Positions 10,866-20,080 of a DNA stretch of 64,000 bases are shown piece after piece (the stretch's first letter is position 1; each line of letters begins with the position of its first letter). The notes beneath the pieces were generated by a model, which saw only the letters and a program-made list of their open reading frames with translations, searched no databases and had not been told where the DNA came from. The stretch lies in the IMG/VR virus record IMGVR_UViG_3300021407_000013, positions 1-64,000 of that record, one strand, 5' to 3'. Source of the stretch: a virus. Made by a program: the position numbers and the translations under genes.

Positions 10866-10886
10866 AACTTGGCTCCTTAGAACGGA

Positions 10887-11954
10887 TTAAGGCAGAGGTG
10901 AAGACGCTCCTTGAATACAGGCTTTATCTGACGGCGCCACATGCGCTCTCTTATTTCCAACTGTTTCGGTCGTTGCCCAAACATCAATGTCAACTAGCGC
11001 ATGTTTAATAAGCTGGCGTGTTAATCCTGGATCGGCTGATAATGTCTGAATATAAGACACTTTAAACTCAATTACTTTCCTCTGGGCTATCGTCTGTATC
11101 TCTGCCTGAGGTTGTTTCTCATCAACTATGCTAGGCATATTCATAATGCCTATTAGGCTTACATCCAAACTATATTGAACAACAAAATTCAAAAAACCAA
11201 TAATATCATTATTATCTACACCATATGTAGTTACTCTAACAGTATCACAAGCTAATTGGGTGCTTAGAGCAGTTTGACTAAGAAATGGAAAAGCCTGTAA
11301 TGCTTTGGTTTCTTCTATATGAATCGAAGCATACGGAGGCGGCTCATTCTCAGGAACAAGAAATGAAGGAAACATATTCTTAATTGGACAAACAAGCCCG
11401 CCATTAAAATCTGGCAAATAATTTGGAAAAGATAACCAAATTGGTAAAGAATTTGTAACAATCAATGCATTTGCTAAATTATTTAAAACATCAATATCAT
11501 CTACAATCTGTGTACTCATTACAGAAGTAACAGCTACACCAAGATAATGCCATAAATCTGCTTGTTGAAAATACTTGCCTTGTGAACTAAATGTGAAACG
11601 AATACCCTTATATTCAGCTAAATAAAGAAATTGCGGCTCAATTTTATTAAATACATCGCATTGTGTCAATGCAGTAAACACAATAGTATTCATAGAAATA
11701 GTTGATTCTTCTTCTTGCTCAACTTCTACTGAGTAATGAAGCGCCCCTTTAATTTGAAGACTCGCTGGAGGATCACCTGCTACTGGCATTACCAGATTGT
11801 AATTTACCCAAAAAAGAAAGCCATCTAGCGGAAGAACCATCCTCTTATAAAGTGTAAAAGTAATAGTTTGGTTAGCATCAAGTGTATTTACACCTGCTTC
11901 AAGAATAGCTCCTAATGGAGGTTTTCCACCTACAGCTTCATTAACTGTGGGCAT
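10887..11954 (-). CDS. Putative neck/tail-completion protein
   Basis: 355 aa before sheath; LPLDGFLFWV motif; synteny. Confidence 0.5.
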   Translation of the reverse strand: MPTVNEAVGGKPPLGAILEAGVNTLDANQTITFTLYKRMVLPLDGFLFWVNYNLVMPVAGDPPASLQIKGALHYSVEVEQEEESTISMNTIVFTALTQCDVFNKIEPQFLYLAEYKGIRFTFSSQGKYFQQADLWHYLGVAVTSVMSTQIVDDIDVLNNLANALIVTNSLPIWLSFPNYLPDFNGGLVCPIKNMFPSFLVPENEPPPYASIHIEETKALQAFPFLSQTALSTQLACDTVRVTTYGVDNNDIIGFLNFVVQYSLDVSLIGIMNMPSIVDEKQPQAEIQTIAQRKVIEFKVSYIQTLSADPGLTRQLIKHALVDIDVWATTETVGNKRAHVAPSDKACIQGASSPLP

Positions 11955-12460
11955 TATTTAATATCCGCCCAACATCTAAATGATACTCGATAGATACCAG
12001 ATCGTTCAAACGATGGGCGCTGCCGAGTGCTTATGCCACGTTTGCGCTTCTTGCCTCTTGAAACTTTCGTAGGAACACCAGACACCATTCCGTTCATTTC
12101 TTCTTGGTCAAGAAAGCCTCTAAACAGCTTTTCAATTTTATTCGTTTTAGAAGCCATAAACTTAACCATACGCGCGCTGGTAGGTTTTCGCACCTCAGAT
12201 AGCGCATCTACCACAAAATTTTCAAATGTTTCTGTAACAATATCGGAAATTTCTTCATCATAAATATCTGTAAATGTACCAAGAATACCATATTTACTTT
12301 CTAAAATGTCACCTACATCTTCAGCAGTTCGTCTCGGACCTGAGTAACGACGACGCATTTTTGCTTCATGCGCTTTAACAGCAGCCACAGGTGCTGCCAT
12401 ATTCTTCAATGTATATGGAGTATTTAGAAACCCCATATGTATGACAATATCTCTTGCCAC
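11954..12460 (-). CDS. Putative neck protein
   Basis: Basic 168 aa with RPSF..SG.YR.SF C-terminus; synteny. Confidence 0.45.
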   Translation of the reverse strand: MARDIVIHMGFLNTPYTLKNMAAPVAAVKAHEAKMRRRYSGPRRTAEDVGDILESKYGILGTFTDIYDEEISDIVTETFENFVVDALSEVRKPTSARMVKFMASKTNKIEKLFRGFLDQEEMNGMVSGVPTKVSRGKKRKRGISTRQRPSFERSGIYRVSFRCWADIK

Positions 12461-12687
12461 TAGAACAAATCCGCTCCGTTTTGTGGAGGAGGTTCTTCAT
12501 TAACACGTTTTATAGTTGTTGATTGAGAATTTTCTGTTTCTTTATGAGTTATCTCAAAATTGCCCCTGCCTTGAGGAGCAGGCATAGTGGAATTTTCATC
12601 AGATAAAGGCGGCGGATTATCAGCAATAACTACACCAAATCGTAATTTGGCATTTGCTGCGCTAACATTTAGAAGGTGTTGTGGCAT
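12460..12687 (-). CDS. Hypothetical protein
   Basis: SD GAGG, coupled to next gene. Confidence 0.5.
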   Translation of the reverse strand: MPQHLLNVSAANAKLRFGVVIADNPPPLSDENSTMPAPQGRGNFEITHKETENSQSTTIKRVNEEPPPQNGADLF

Positions 12688-12696
12688 AGTATCCTC

Positions 12697-12921
12697 TCAT
12701 ATTGCCCACTCATAGTCGTCAGCAAGTAAATCAGATTGCGTTGGCATCCAAGCAACAAGTTTTTTACCCATTGTAATATAAATATATGGTTCTGTCATCT
12801 TAGAATTAGCATCTGGTTTTTGAATTGCAATACTCCAATCGGCGGGCCATGATATACGACGACATGGTTTACCAGCGCCGATAGTTGATTGCATATGAGC
12901 AATTGCCCAGCCTATATTCAT
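12697..12921 (-). CDS. DUF2829 / Tad2-like signalling-nucleotide sponge
   Basis: MNIGWAI...RR.SW...[15 protein letters not shown]...[11 protein letters not shown] matches DUF2829 pattern. Confidence 0.7.
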   Translation of the reverse strand: MNIGWAIAHMQSTIGAGKPCRRISWPADWSIAIQKPDANSKMTEPYIYITMGKKLVAWMPTQSDLLADDYEWAI

Positions 12922-13352
12922 GGTATAGTAACCGTATTGGTATTTACTGGAGGATACTGTCTACCTTGAGCATTACTAACAATAACTTGGCAGAAGACTT
13001 CCGCTCCAGAATTTCCTGTTCCAAATAACCAAGTAGATCCTGTTGCGCCAATGGCTGCACCACCATTTAAGAACCATTGATAAGCATAGGCAGTAGGATA
13101 ACCATTCCATAATCCACCAGTGCAAAGAACATAATTTGGATTAAGAGTGCATTGTGGTGGAATCATATTATATAATGGCATATTTAATGGCGGATTAGGC
13201 GTATTGCCTTGCGATAGCCAAACTTGATAAGCCTGCCAATCTGTATTGGCAGGATCATTTGGAATAAACGCACCATCTGAGTTCCGAATAATTACATTCG
13301 GATCAATGGAGTTAGTCATATAACTCCAAACCTGCGTATAGCCTTGGTTCAT
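12918..13352 (-). CDS. Virion accessory protein with Ig-like C-terminal domain
   Basis: [18 protein letters not shown]-terminus; G.W...P..Y.YQW..G Ig-like motif. Confidence 0.6.
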   Translation of the reverse strand: MNQGYTQVWSYMTNSIDPNVIIRNSDGAFIPNDPANTDWQAYQVWLSQGNTPNPPLNMPLYNMIPPQCTLNPNYVLCTGGLWNGYPTAYAYQWFLNGGAAIGATGSTWLFGTGNSGAEVFCQVIVSNAQGRQYPPVNTNTVTIP

Positions 13353-13720
13353 GGAATAACTATCCCGTTAGATGGAGGCGCGGCTGTAGTACCAATAGTA
13401 TTTGTCGCTGAAACAATACAAGTCAATGTCGTTCCACTATCACCTGCTTGAATAGTGCGATCACCATTAGTTTGAGGCGCCCCAACATTAACACCATTTC
13501 GTTGCCATTGCCAAGCATAGGTGTCAACTAAATCGCCCATATTTTGCCAATTGCCATGCGTACAAAGAACTGTATCTCCAACTTCACCTGTTCCGCTTGT
13601 AACAGACAAATACGGAACATCAATATTAACAGGAGGATCTGTCTCTGGCGGAGGCGCAACATTAATATGCCACAACAATGCTGCTCTTTTTTGAGTCATT
13701 ACCTGCGGATATTGCGGCAT
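13349..13720 (-). CDS. Ig-like domain protein
   Basis: PPVN...P...VGD...G.W...YAWQW.RNG...D.G..LTC.V.A.N motif. Confidence 0.65.
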   Translation of the reverse strand: MPQYPQVMTQKRAALLWHINVAPPPETDPPVNIDVPYLSVTSGTGEVGDTVLCTHGNWQNMGDLVDTYAWQWQRNGVNVGAPQTNGDRTIQAGDSGTTLTCIVSATNTIGTTAAPPSNGIVIP

Positions 13721-13729
13721 TTGAAACTC

Positions 13730-14089
13730 CTATGGGGTAGGAACGACTACCCACGCGCCAGCTTGTCGCGCGTACATTTGCCCATCATTGGGCGCATCTT
13801 CAAGTCCGTCAGCTCCAGCTGGACCTGTAGCGCCCGGATCGCCAACTGGACCCTGAGGCCCTTGTGATCCTGTAGCGCCTGTATTGCCAGGTGGACCCTG
13901 AGGACCCTCAGGTCCTTCAGGTCCTTCCGGTCCTTCAGGTCCTGGATCACCCTGGGGTCCTTGTGGACCGGGAGGGCCTGCTGGACCTGCTGGACCGGGA
14001 ACTCCAGGCGCTGCTGCCATTTGGAAGTGCTCCATACTTTCAGCATATGCGATGCCGCCTCTGCTGCCGGGTCCTGGGCCATATGGCAT
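13730..14089 (-). CDS. Collagen-like fibre with fibritin-foldon-like C-terminus
   Basis: Long Gly-Pro-X run then [19 protein letters not shown] (cf. foldon IPEAPRDGQAYVRKDGEWV). Confidence 0.8.
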   Translation of the reverse strand: MPYGPGPGSRGGIAYAESMEHFQMAAAPGVPGPAGPAGPPGPQGPQGDPGPEGPEGPEGPEGPQGPPGNTGATGSQGPQGPVGDPGATGPAGADGLEDAPNDGQMYARQAGAWVVVPTP

Positions 14090-14098
14090 CTAAGGCTC

Positions 14099-15202
14099 CT
14101 ACGTCACATTAATAGTACAAGTGCTTGGAACACCTATACCTACAGAATTTTGAGCATAAAGGGTATAAGTATAAGTACCAACTTCTACGAAACTTGCATT
14201 AGCCACCGTAACTACACCTGAACCATCTATAGTAAATATACCATCTGGTGTACTACCAGTAGGAACAATAGCCCAAGCATCTGGACTATCTGTTCCAAAA
14301 CATTGCCCAACAAAATCACCGTTAGATACTGGAAGAGCAATATCAAAATTTGCAGGATCAATAACAGGTTCAGTAGGAGGATTCACATAAACTTGATTAG
14401 ATGTTGCTGTAGCAATACCACCACCTACGGCATTTGCTGCCTGTGCTACTCCACCAATATATGTTCCTTCATCAGCAGTTGTAGTAATATATGAATTGCT
14501 TGCTTGTCCACTAATAGACGAACCATTTCGTGTCCATCCATAATAGTAACCTGTCGGATTACCAGTCCAATTTCCGTTATTTAAACTTAATGTATCACCA
14601 ACATTTACAGGTCCAACAGGAGTAATTGTTGGCGCAATGATATTAACAGGCGGTCCAGCAATGGATACAGTGTTACTTGTAGGTTCTGCTGAACTTCTAC
14701 CACCATCATTATCAGCTGCTACAGTCGCGCCAATTGTATTGTTTCTATCAGCAATAGTAGTCATATAAGTAATATTATTCGCACCAACAATAGGATTATT
14801 ATTTCTAGTCCATTGAATATCAAATCCTACAGGATTATTAGTCCAAACACCTGTATTGAGTGTTAACAATGTTCCTGAATTTAATGTTCCAGTAGGGGTA
14901 ATAGATGGCGGTGTTGTATTAACAGGAACAGGCGGAGGTCCAGGTGCTGTGTCCCATACAGGCATTGCATTGGGCGCCCCAGATATAACTACTGGAACAG
15001 CATTATTTGCATTTCCTTGGTCAGTACCAAATGGAGGCGTTCCTGCTCCAGCAGCGAAATATACTGGAATTGGACCTGAATAAACACCTGTTGGTCCTGA
15101 TTCTATAGTAATTGGCATTGCTTTAGGTGACGAAGATAGAAAAACTGGTATAGCACCAGCAGGATTTGTCCTGTCATTAGGGTATCTAATGGCAGAAGGC
15201 AT
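14099..15202 (-). CDS. Head decoration/fibre protein with two Ig-like repeats and cadherin-like domain
   Basis: Start re-assigned to ATG 15202 (TGATG overlap); tandem PVN..PP.ITP.G...G.WT.NP repeats; FTID.SG.VTV cadherin-like motif. Confidence 0.65.
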   Translation of the reverse strand: MPSAIRYPNDRTNPAGAIPVFLSSSPKAMPITIESGPTGVYSGPIPVYFAAGAGTPPFGTDQGNANNAVPVVISGAPNAMPVWDTAPGPPPVPVNTTPPSITPTGTLNSGTLLTLNTGVWTNNPVGFDIQWTRNNNPIVGANNITYMTTIADRNNTIGATVAADNDGGRSSAEPTSNTVSIAGPPVNIIAPTITPVGPVNVGDTLSLNNGNWTGNPTGYYYGWTRNGSSISGQASNSYITTTADEGTYIGGVAQAANAVGGGIATATSNQVYVNPPTEPVIDPANFDIALPVSNGDFVGQCFGTDSPDAWAIVPTGSTPDGIFTIDGSGVVTVANASFVEVGTYTYTLYAQNSVGIGVPSTCTINVT

Positions 15203-15687
15203 CAGGGTGTCCAACCCCACATAGAGCCGACGCTTTGGGCAATGCCCATATAGATGCGCCCCCAAGGAGTTTTCAACGTCTGCAAGTCCCCAAGCGTTAA
15301 ATTCTCCATACTCTTTAGCAATTGCAATCCAGCACTCGTTCCTTGATCTGCTGCATTATTCACAAGACCTGGAACAAAGCTATTAAGATTCAAACTGCCT
15401 CGTAAATCTGCCCAATATGTAGCCGCGTTATCAGGAGGCGGAACTGCATTTGGATCATCTTGTGCTATATTGACTAAGTAATCTCCAGCTAAATTATAGA
15501 CTGCGACCGTAAAAACACCAGGATTTGCGCACCAAATGTATCTGTTAACAATTTCAAAAGCTATGTCATACGACATTTGAATATAAATACTATCCTCAGG
15601 GAGTACGTTATCTGGTACTCCCATCACAGAATAAACCCAAGCTGTATAGCCCTCTATTGTTGGAGGAGCTAAGTCTTGGAGAGACAT
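15202..15687 (-). CDS. Putative head-tail adaptor
   Basis: AVYNLAG..L and TPWGR.Y motifs typical of adaptor proteins. Confidence 0.6.
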   Translation of the reverse strand: MSLQDLAPPTIEGYTAWVYSVMGVPDNVLPEDSIYIQMSYDIAFEIVNRYIWCANPGVFTVAVYNLAGDYLVNIAQDDPNAVPPPDNAATYWADLRGSLNLNSFVPGLVNNAADQGTSAGLQLLKSMENLTLGDLQTLKTPWGRIYMGIAQSVGSMWGWTP

Positions 15688-16247
15688 TAGAATACTGACC
15701 TCTTAGCTTGTCCTGTTTTGAATAGGTCAGTAACAATACCTAACGGACCCCTTTCACTAGGGTCTTGAGGCGCACCGCGTTCTTTGGATCGGGTGATTGT
15801 GATTTTTTCGGCGATCTCAGGGTCGCGGTCTTTAGTTGGTTTCTCTGTGATCTCCATTTCAAAACTTGTAAGCTTCTCACCAGCATTTTCCTCGATCTGT
15901 GCATTGACAGCAATAGCTGCCTCAGCGCGAAGTCTTTCACCAGTTTTCTTGCTGACTTCTCGATTGCTGACAACAAGCTCAACAATCTTCTCAGCAGGGA
16001 TAGGTTTATCAATTGAATACATATATGGGATAAAGTATCCTTTAAATTGATCCAATTCCGTAACACGAACCATTCCATATTTTACGTGGAATTGTGCAAT
16101 AATGTCAATCTGCTTCTGGTCTAATTCTCCAGAAAGCTTAATTTGACCTCCAATAGGAATCATTTGTCTGCGATAATTTTTGAAATCAGGCAAACGATAT
16201 TGGAAGTCTATATTTTGATGTGTGCCGTTAGCAACAAACATTTGCAT
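15687..16247 (-). CDS. Hypothetical virion-module protein
   Basis: 186 aa directly after capsid gene. Confidence 0.55.
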   Translation of the reverse strand: MQMFVANGTHQNIDFQYRLPDFKNYRRQMIPIGGQIKLSGELDQKQIDIIAQFHVKYGMVRVTELDQFKGYFIPYMYSIDKPIPAEKIVELVVSNREVSKKTGERLRAEAAIAVNAQIEENAGEKLTSFEMEITEKPTKDRDPEIAEKITITRSKERGAPQDPSERGPLGIVTDLFKTGQAKRSVF

Positions 16248-16345
16248 TTGGATTAATCCTTGCTACCAAGGGACGGCCGTGGGGTAGCAATCCACGACCG
16301 CCCAGGATCGTCCAGTTTCGAGAAAAAGATCCCTACAGCTGGAGA

Positions 16346-17374
16346 TTACTCGTACTGCATCGTGGCGATAACAATGCACTCAGGACGGACACCCCATCCC
16401 GAAGTGATGCGCCACTCGGACAGCACATCAATGGCGCCGCCGGCGAGCGGAGTGGGAATTTCACGAGGCGCTGCCATATCCGCGTACATCAAAGTGCAAG
16501 CCTCGATGCCAGGCGCAATTTTGGCAATTTCGTTCGTGTTGATCTTGCTGCCGACCGGCTTTTTGACTTCAGGCATAACGATTAGGACAACGTCATTGTT
16601 GCCACCGCCGACGCCCTTGCCGATCAAAGTATCATCATAAACCCAGGAAATAGTATCGCCGTTATTTCCCAGAACCGTCTCGAACATCCCCTTGGTTGAC
16701 ACAGAACCTGCGCCTTCGCGCTGGAACTGGACAACCTGGACGATGTTTTGATATTCCATCGCCGCTAGGGTTCTCTGCGGACCAAGAATTGTAAAGTGCC
16801 GCCCGATACCGAGTTGATTTGTCAAGGTCTTCAGCGCGCTGATCTGTGTGATAAGCCACACACCCAACTCGCCGTTGTCGTATGTCACAACGGTGTCATT
16901 TCCGTTGCTATCAGGCGGCAGCGATACGGCTGTGGCGCCCTGTGCGTTGAGAAGCCCTTCGCCGTTAATGGGATTCATCCCATATAGAAGAGCATTGCGA
17001 GCGAGTTGGAAATGGCCCTGTCTCATGCCGAGGCGTTGCGCCTCAACCATGTTAAGGCCCCAATTGCCCATTGCCGCGGTGTCGTGATGATCATATTCCG
17101 CGCGCACCCTCAGAAGATAGCTGGCGGTAGAGATCATCGAGAGAGCGATGCTGACGCTCGGCAGCTGGTTGTAGGCAGCTTGCCCAGCAGCCATGCGCGT
17201 GCGAACGTCGAGACGCTTCATGTAAACATAAAGGTCTCCATCACTCAATCTGACAAGCGGTTCCTCGCCGGCCAAAGTGCTAAAAGCCCCTGATGCCTGG
17301 ACATAAGGGAGAATGATCCCGGGTTCAACGAACGAAGGATTAACAATGGCATATGACGGATTGACGCTACCCAT
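16346..17374 (-). CDS. Major capsid protein
   Basis: 342 aa, high-expression codon bias, LYG....GEGLLN and C-terminal SGWGVRPE motifs; position. Confidence 0.8.
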   Translation of the reverse strand: MGSVNPSYAIVNPSFVEPGIILPYVQASGAFSTLAGEEPLVRLSDGDLYVYMKRLDVRTRMAAGQAAYNQLPSVSIALSMISTASYLLRVRAEYDHHDTAAMGNWGLNMVEAQRLGMRQGHFQLARNALLYGMNPINGEGLLNAQGATAVSLPPDSNGNDTVVTYDNGELGVWLITQISALKTLTNQLGIGRHFTILGPQRTLAAMEYQNIVQVVQFQREGAGSVSTKGMFETVLGNNGDTISWVYDDTLIGKGVGGGNNDVVLIVMPEVKKPVGSKINTNEIAKIAPGIEACTLMYADMAAPREIPTPLAGGAIDVLSEWRITSGWGVRPECIVIATMQYE

Positions 17375-17430
17375 GGAAGTTCACCTCATATTTTGAGAGG
17401 CGGGTTGCGCCTCAGTTGCACCGTTTTCGA

Positions 17431-18069
17431 TCAGATTTCGAGTAGAATTGTGTCACCTGAGCGGTTCCAAGTTGCGAAACCAGTCGTCGAATTGTAAACG
17501 ACTGTCATCGAGTTTCCAAGATTGTACCCGATAACATTCATGCCAGCCGGCGGCAGAGCAATACCGCCAGCAGCAGTTGCCGTAACCCACTGGTTCGTAA
17601 TATTGAAATACAGTGGGGCAGGTGCCAGTCCAACAGGAACTGGATAACCTGGAGGCGCCAATTGTAGCAAGAGCGCCGGATCCATCGCCATAGGAATACG
17701 CGCACGGCTTCCAAAGCGATAGAAGTTCACAAGCATACCAACATTCGCTTGCGGAACTGGACTCGAAACGCTGTTGATCATAGCGTGATTCTGGTTGAAC
17801 ACGCTGATTCCGGTCGGTGCCACCGCCGCAGTCGCTCTCATGATAGAGTTCTGCAACGCTGGGTCCCAAAGGCTGCCAGTCGGCGGCAGATGCTCAGCAA
17901 TTGGAACGCCGCCAAACATCGGCAGCGTTTCAGTCGGCGCCAATTGACCACCGGTCAACTGATACCGGATTGCGGGATCATCCATTGCCATACCCTGCAT
18001 CATCCCGTCGAGCGAGATTTTGAAGGTACCACTGGCATTTGTGGTAAGAACAGGATTAATATTGATCAT
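17431..18069 (-). CDS. Putative capsid decoration/cement protein
   Basis: 212 aa between protease/scaffold and capsid; same codon bias. Confidence 0.55.
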   Translation of the reverse strand: MININPVLTTNASGTFKISLDGMMQGMAMDDPAIRYQLTGGQLAPTETLPMFGGVPIAEHLPPTGSLWDPALQNSIMRATAAVAPTGISVFNQNHAMINSVSSPVPQANVGMLVNFYRFGSRARIPMAMDPALLLQLAPPGYPVPVGLAPAPLYFNITNQWVTATAAGGIALPPAGMNVIGYNLGNSMTVVYNSTTGFATWNRSGDTILLEI

Positions 18070-18107
18070 GACCCAAAAGCTCCTTAATGGTTAAGCCGAC
18101 GACTCCC

Positions 18108-19907
18108 TCAGTTGTTGCTGTTTCGTATGCCAACAAGTTGGCGCTTCGGCGCAGCAAACTGACTCATCCACGCAGACGGTCTGCCGACGAAAGTGGAAAT
18201 CGTGCGACCTGTGGAATCTTGGCTCTTGATCTCCCGTAGGAAGTCCTCACCCATATCTGCTGGGTGCAGACCGGCTTGTTCAGCATCGGAATAGATCGTA
18301 TTCTCGATGTTGGCGAAGGCAGCATCATCCGCAATGACCTTAAGGTCAATATCCTTCCAGGCAGTGGAATGTTGCTTGAGGCCTGTGGCAAGACGACGGC
18401 GATACGCAATCAAGGTCTCCCCATCGAGCGGGCGCGGAGCTTTGCCTCCATGCATCAAATAGACGCGATCCGCCTTGACCTGCGAATCAGCCATTGCTGC
18501 ATAGTCAGCGTCGGTCATCTGGCGCGGCAGTTTAGAGGCCACGTCAGCAACGCTTTTACGGAGCGTTTCAAGCTCGGCCGCATCAGCCTTTGCCTTGGCA
18601 TCGGCCTTTTCTTTTTCCTCGGCATCCGTCTTGGCTTTGGCTTCCGCGTCCGCCTTGGCCTTGGCTTCTGCATCAGCTTTTTCGCGCTCGGCGGCGTCCA
18701 TTTTGGCACGGGCGTCAGCCTTCTCCTTTTCGTCGGCGTCTGCCTTGGCTTTGTCAGCCTTCTCTTTCTCCTTCGCGTCCCAAGCATCGCTTACGGTCTG
18801 CTTGACTGAATCCTTGATAGAATCAGCGAAAGATGCAAAATAAGAATCAAATCGGGCCTTGTCAGCCTTTTCCTTTTCTTCTGCATCAGCCTTTGCCTTG
18901 GCCTCATCTGTCTTGCGAGCGGCTTCAAGAGCCGCAGCTTTATCGTCGTCTGCCATAACAAGTTCCTTTTCTGCGGTTGACACGCCACTCGGCGATAGTC
19001 CTTTATCCCAAACACCCACAAAGCAAACCGCTATGTGGTCTAGCAACCTTGGCTTACCTTCAATAAGTAATTTGTTACCATTCCTCAGTTTAATCTTTTG
19101 ATCTTCGCCGGTAAGAACCACACAAGGCGAAGTGCTTAATTGATTTTCTGCCATTATCTTGGCAGCATGTTCATCCCAAACTTTGACAATAGCCCAAACT
19201 TCATCATCTTTAATATATGGAATAAACACAGAACCAATATTTCTATCAAGATATTCTTTGGTATCTAAAGTTTTCGTACCTGGATGTTCAAAAATAACAG
19301 GAAGCCCATTGCAACGCTCAAGAAACTCTTGATTCAAATAAATCGACTTGTCGCGCCACACATGCTCTTTAATACCACTTCGATACGATAATCCAGTGCC
19401 AGTAATACGAATATTGAACATCGTAAGGTTGGCATAACGCTGCGGTGATACTAGATCACCTGCTGCCATTAATTTGGCAATACCTAATTCGTCAGCATGT
19501 AATTTCTTTAAAGTAACAACCAAACCAGGATGTAATGGCTCGGGCGGCATTTCGAGTGGCGCCCACTTAAATCCTGTATGCTCTTCATCTAGTCTTGGAG
19601 GTACAAATTCGTCATCTACTTCTTGAATATAGGTCGTATAATCAACTATTAAGCTTGGTCTATCACCGTTTCCTTCGTTTGTGGAGATGCGGCGAGAGAG
19701 TTCAAGTAATTCTCCAGAAGGGTAAAATCCAATTTCTTCAGAACATTCTCTAATGGCTGCATCGACTGATGTTTCGTTTGCTTCCCGTTTTCCACCAGGT
19801 AGATCGTAAAATCCAGAATAATCTCCTGATTCTGAACGCTTAAGAAATAATGCCCTCTTGTCAGGTGTGACAAAGAGGATGCCGGAAGCATTGATTGTCT
19901 CCGTCAT
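18108..19907 (-). CDS. NUDIX hydrolase fused to DUF2213-like prohead protease and scaffold
   Basis: Nudix box GGKREANETSVDAAIRECSEEIG; CNGLPVIFEHP and LDHIAV protease-like motifs; KADA repeat scaffold. Confidence 0.8.
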   Translation of the reverse strand: MTETINASGILFVTPDKRALFLKRSESGDYSGFYDLPGGKREANETSVDAAIRECSEEIGFYPSGELLELSRRISTNEGNGDRPSLIVDYTTYIQEVDDEFVPPRLDEEHTGFKWAPLEMPPEPLHPGLVVTLKKLHADELGIAKLMAAGDLVSPQRYANLTMFNIRITGTGLSYRSGIKEHVWRDKSIYLNQEFLERCNGLPVIFEHPGTKTLDTKEYLDRNIGSVFIPYIKDDEVWAIVKVWDEHAAKIMAENQLSTSPCVVLTGEDQKIKLRNGNKLLIEGKPRLLDHIAVCFVGVWDKGLSPSGVSTAEKELVMADDDKAAALEAARKTDEAKAKADAEEKEKADKARFDSYFASFADSIKDSVKQTVSDAWDAKEKEKADKAKADADEKEKADARAKMDAAEREKADAEAKAKADAEAKAKTDAEEKEKADAKAKADAAELETLRKSVADVASKLPRQMTDADYAAMADSQVKADRVYLMHGGKAPRPLDGETLIAYRRRLATGLKQHSTAWKDIDLKVIADDAAFANIENTIYSDAEQAGLHPADMGEDFLREIKSQDSTGRTISTFVGRPSAWMSQFAAPKRQLVGIRNSNN

Positions 19908-20080
19908 TCTTTCTTACTCAAAGCACCAGTTCTTAGTTCTGAACGCTCGCTTTTATCTGAAAATGGTGCACAATTTTCCTTTTTGGCAGGATTTACAGTC
20001 ACTGCTGCATCTTTTTTGGGCGCAAACAACGCATCCATCATTGAGTCCAATTTTGCCATATGTTCTTTGCTGCACGGCAT
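19904..20080 (-). CDS. 58-aa hypothetical protein (not in ORF track)
   Basis: MPCSKEHMAKLDSMMDALFAPKK...; TAATG overlap with portal stop and ATGA overlap with next start. Confidence 0.55.
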   Translation of the reverse strand: MPCSKEHMAKLDSMMDALFAPKKDAAVTVNPAKKENCAPFSDKSERSELRTGALSKKE

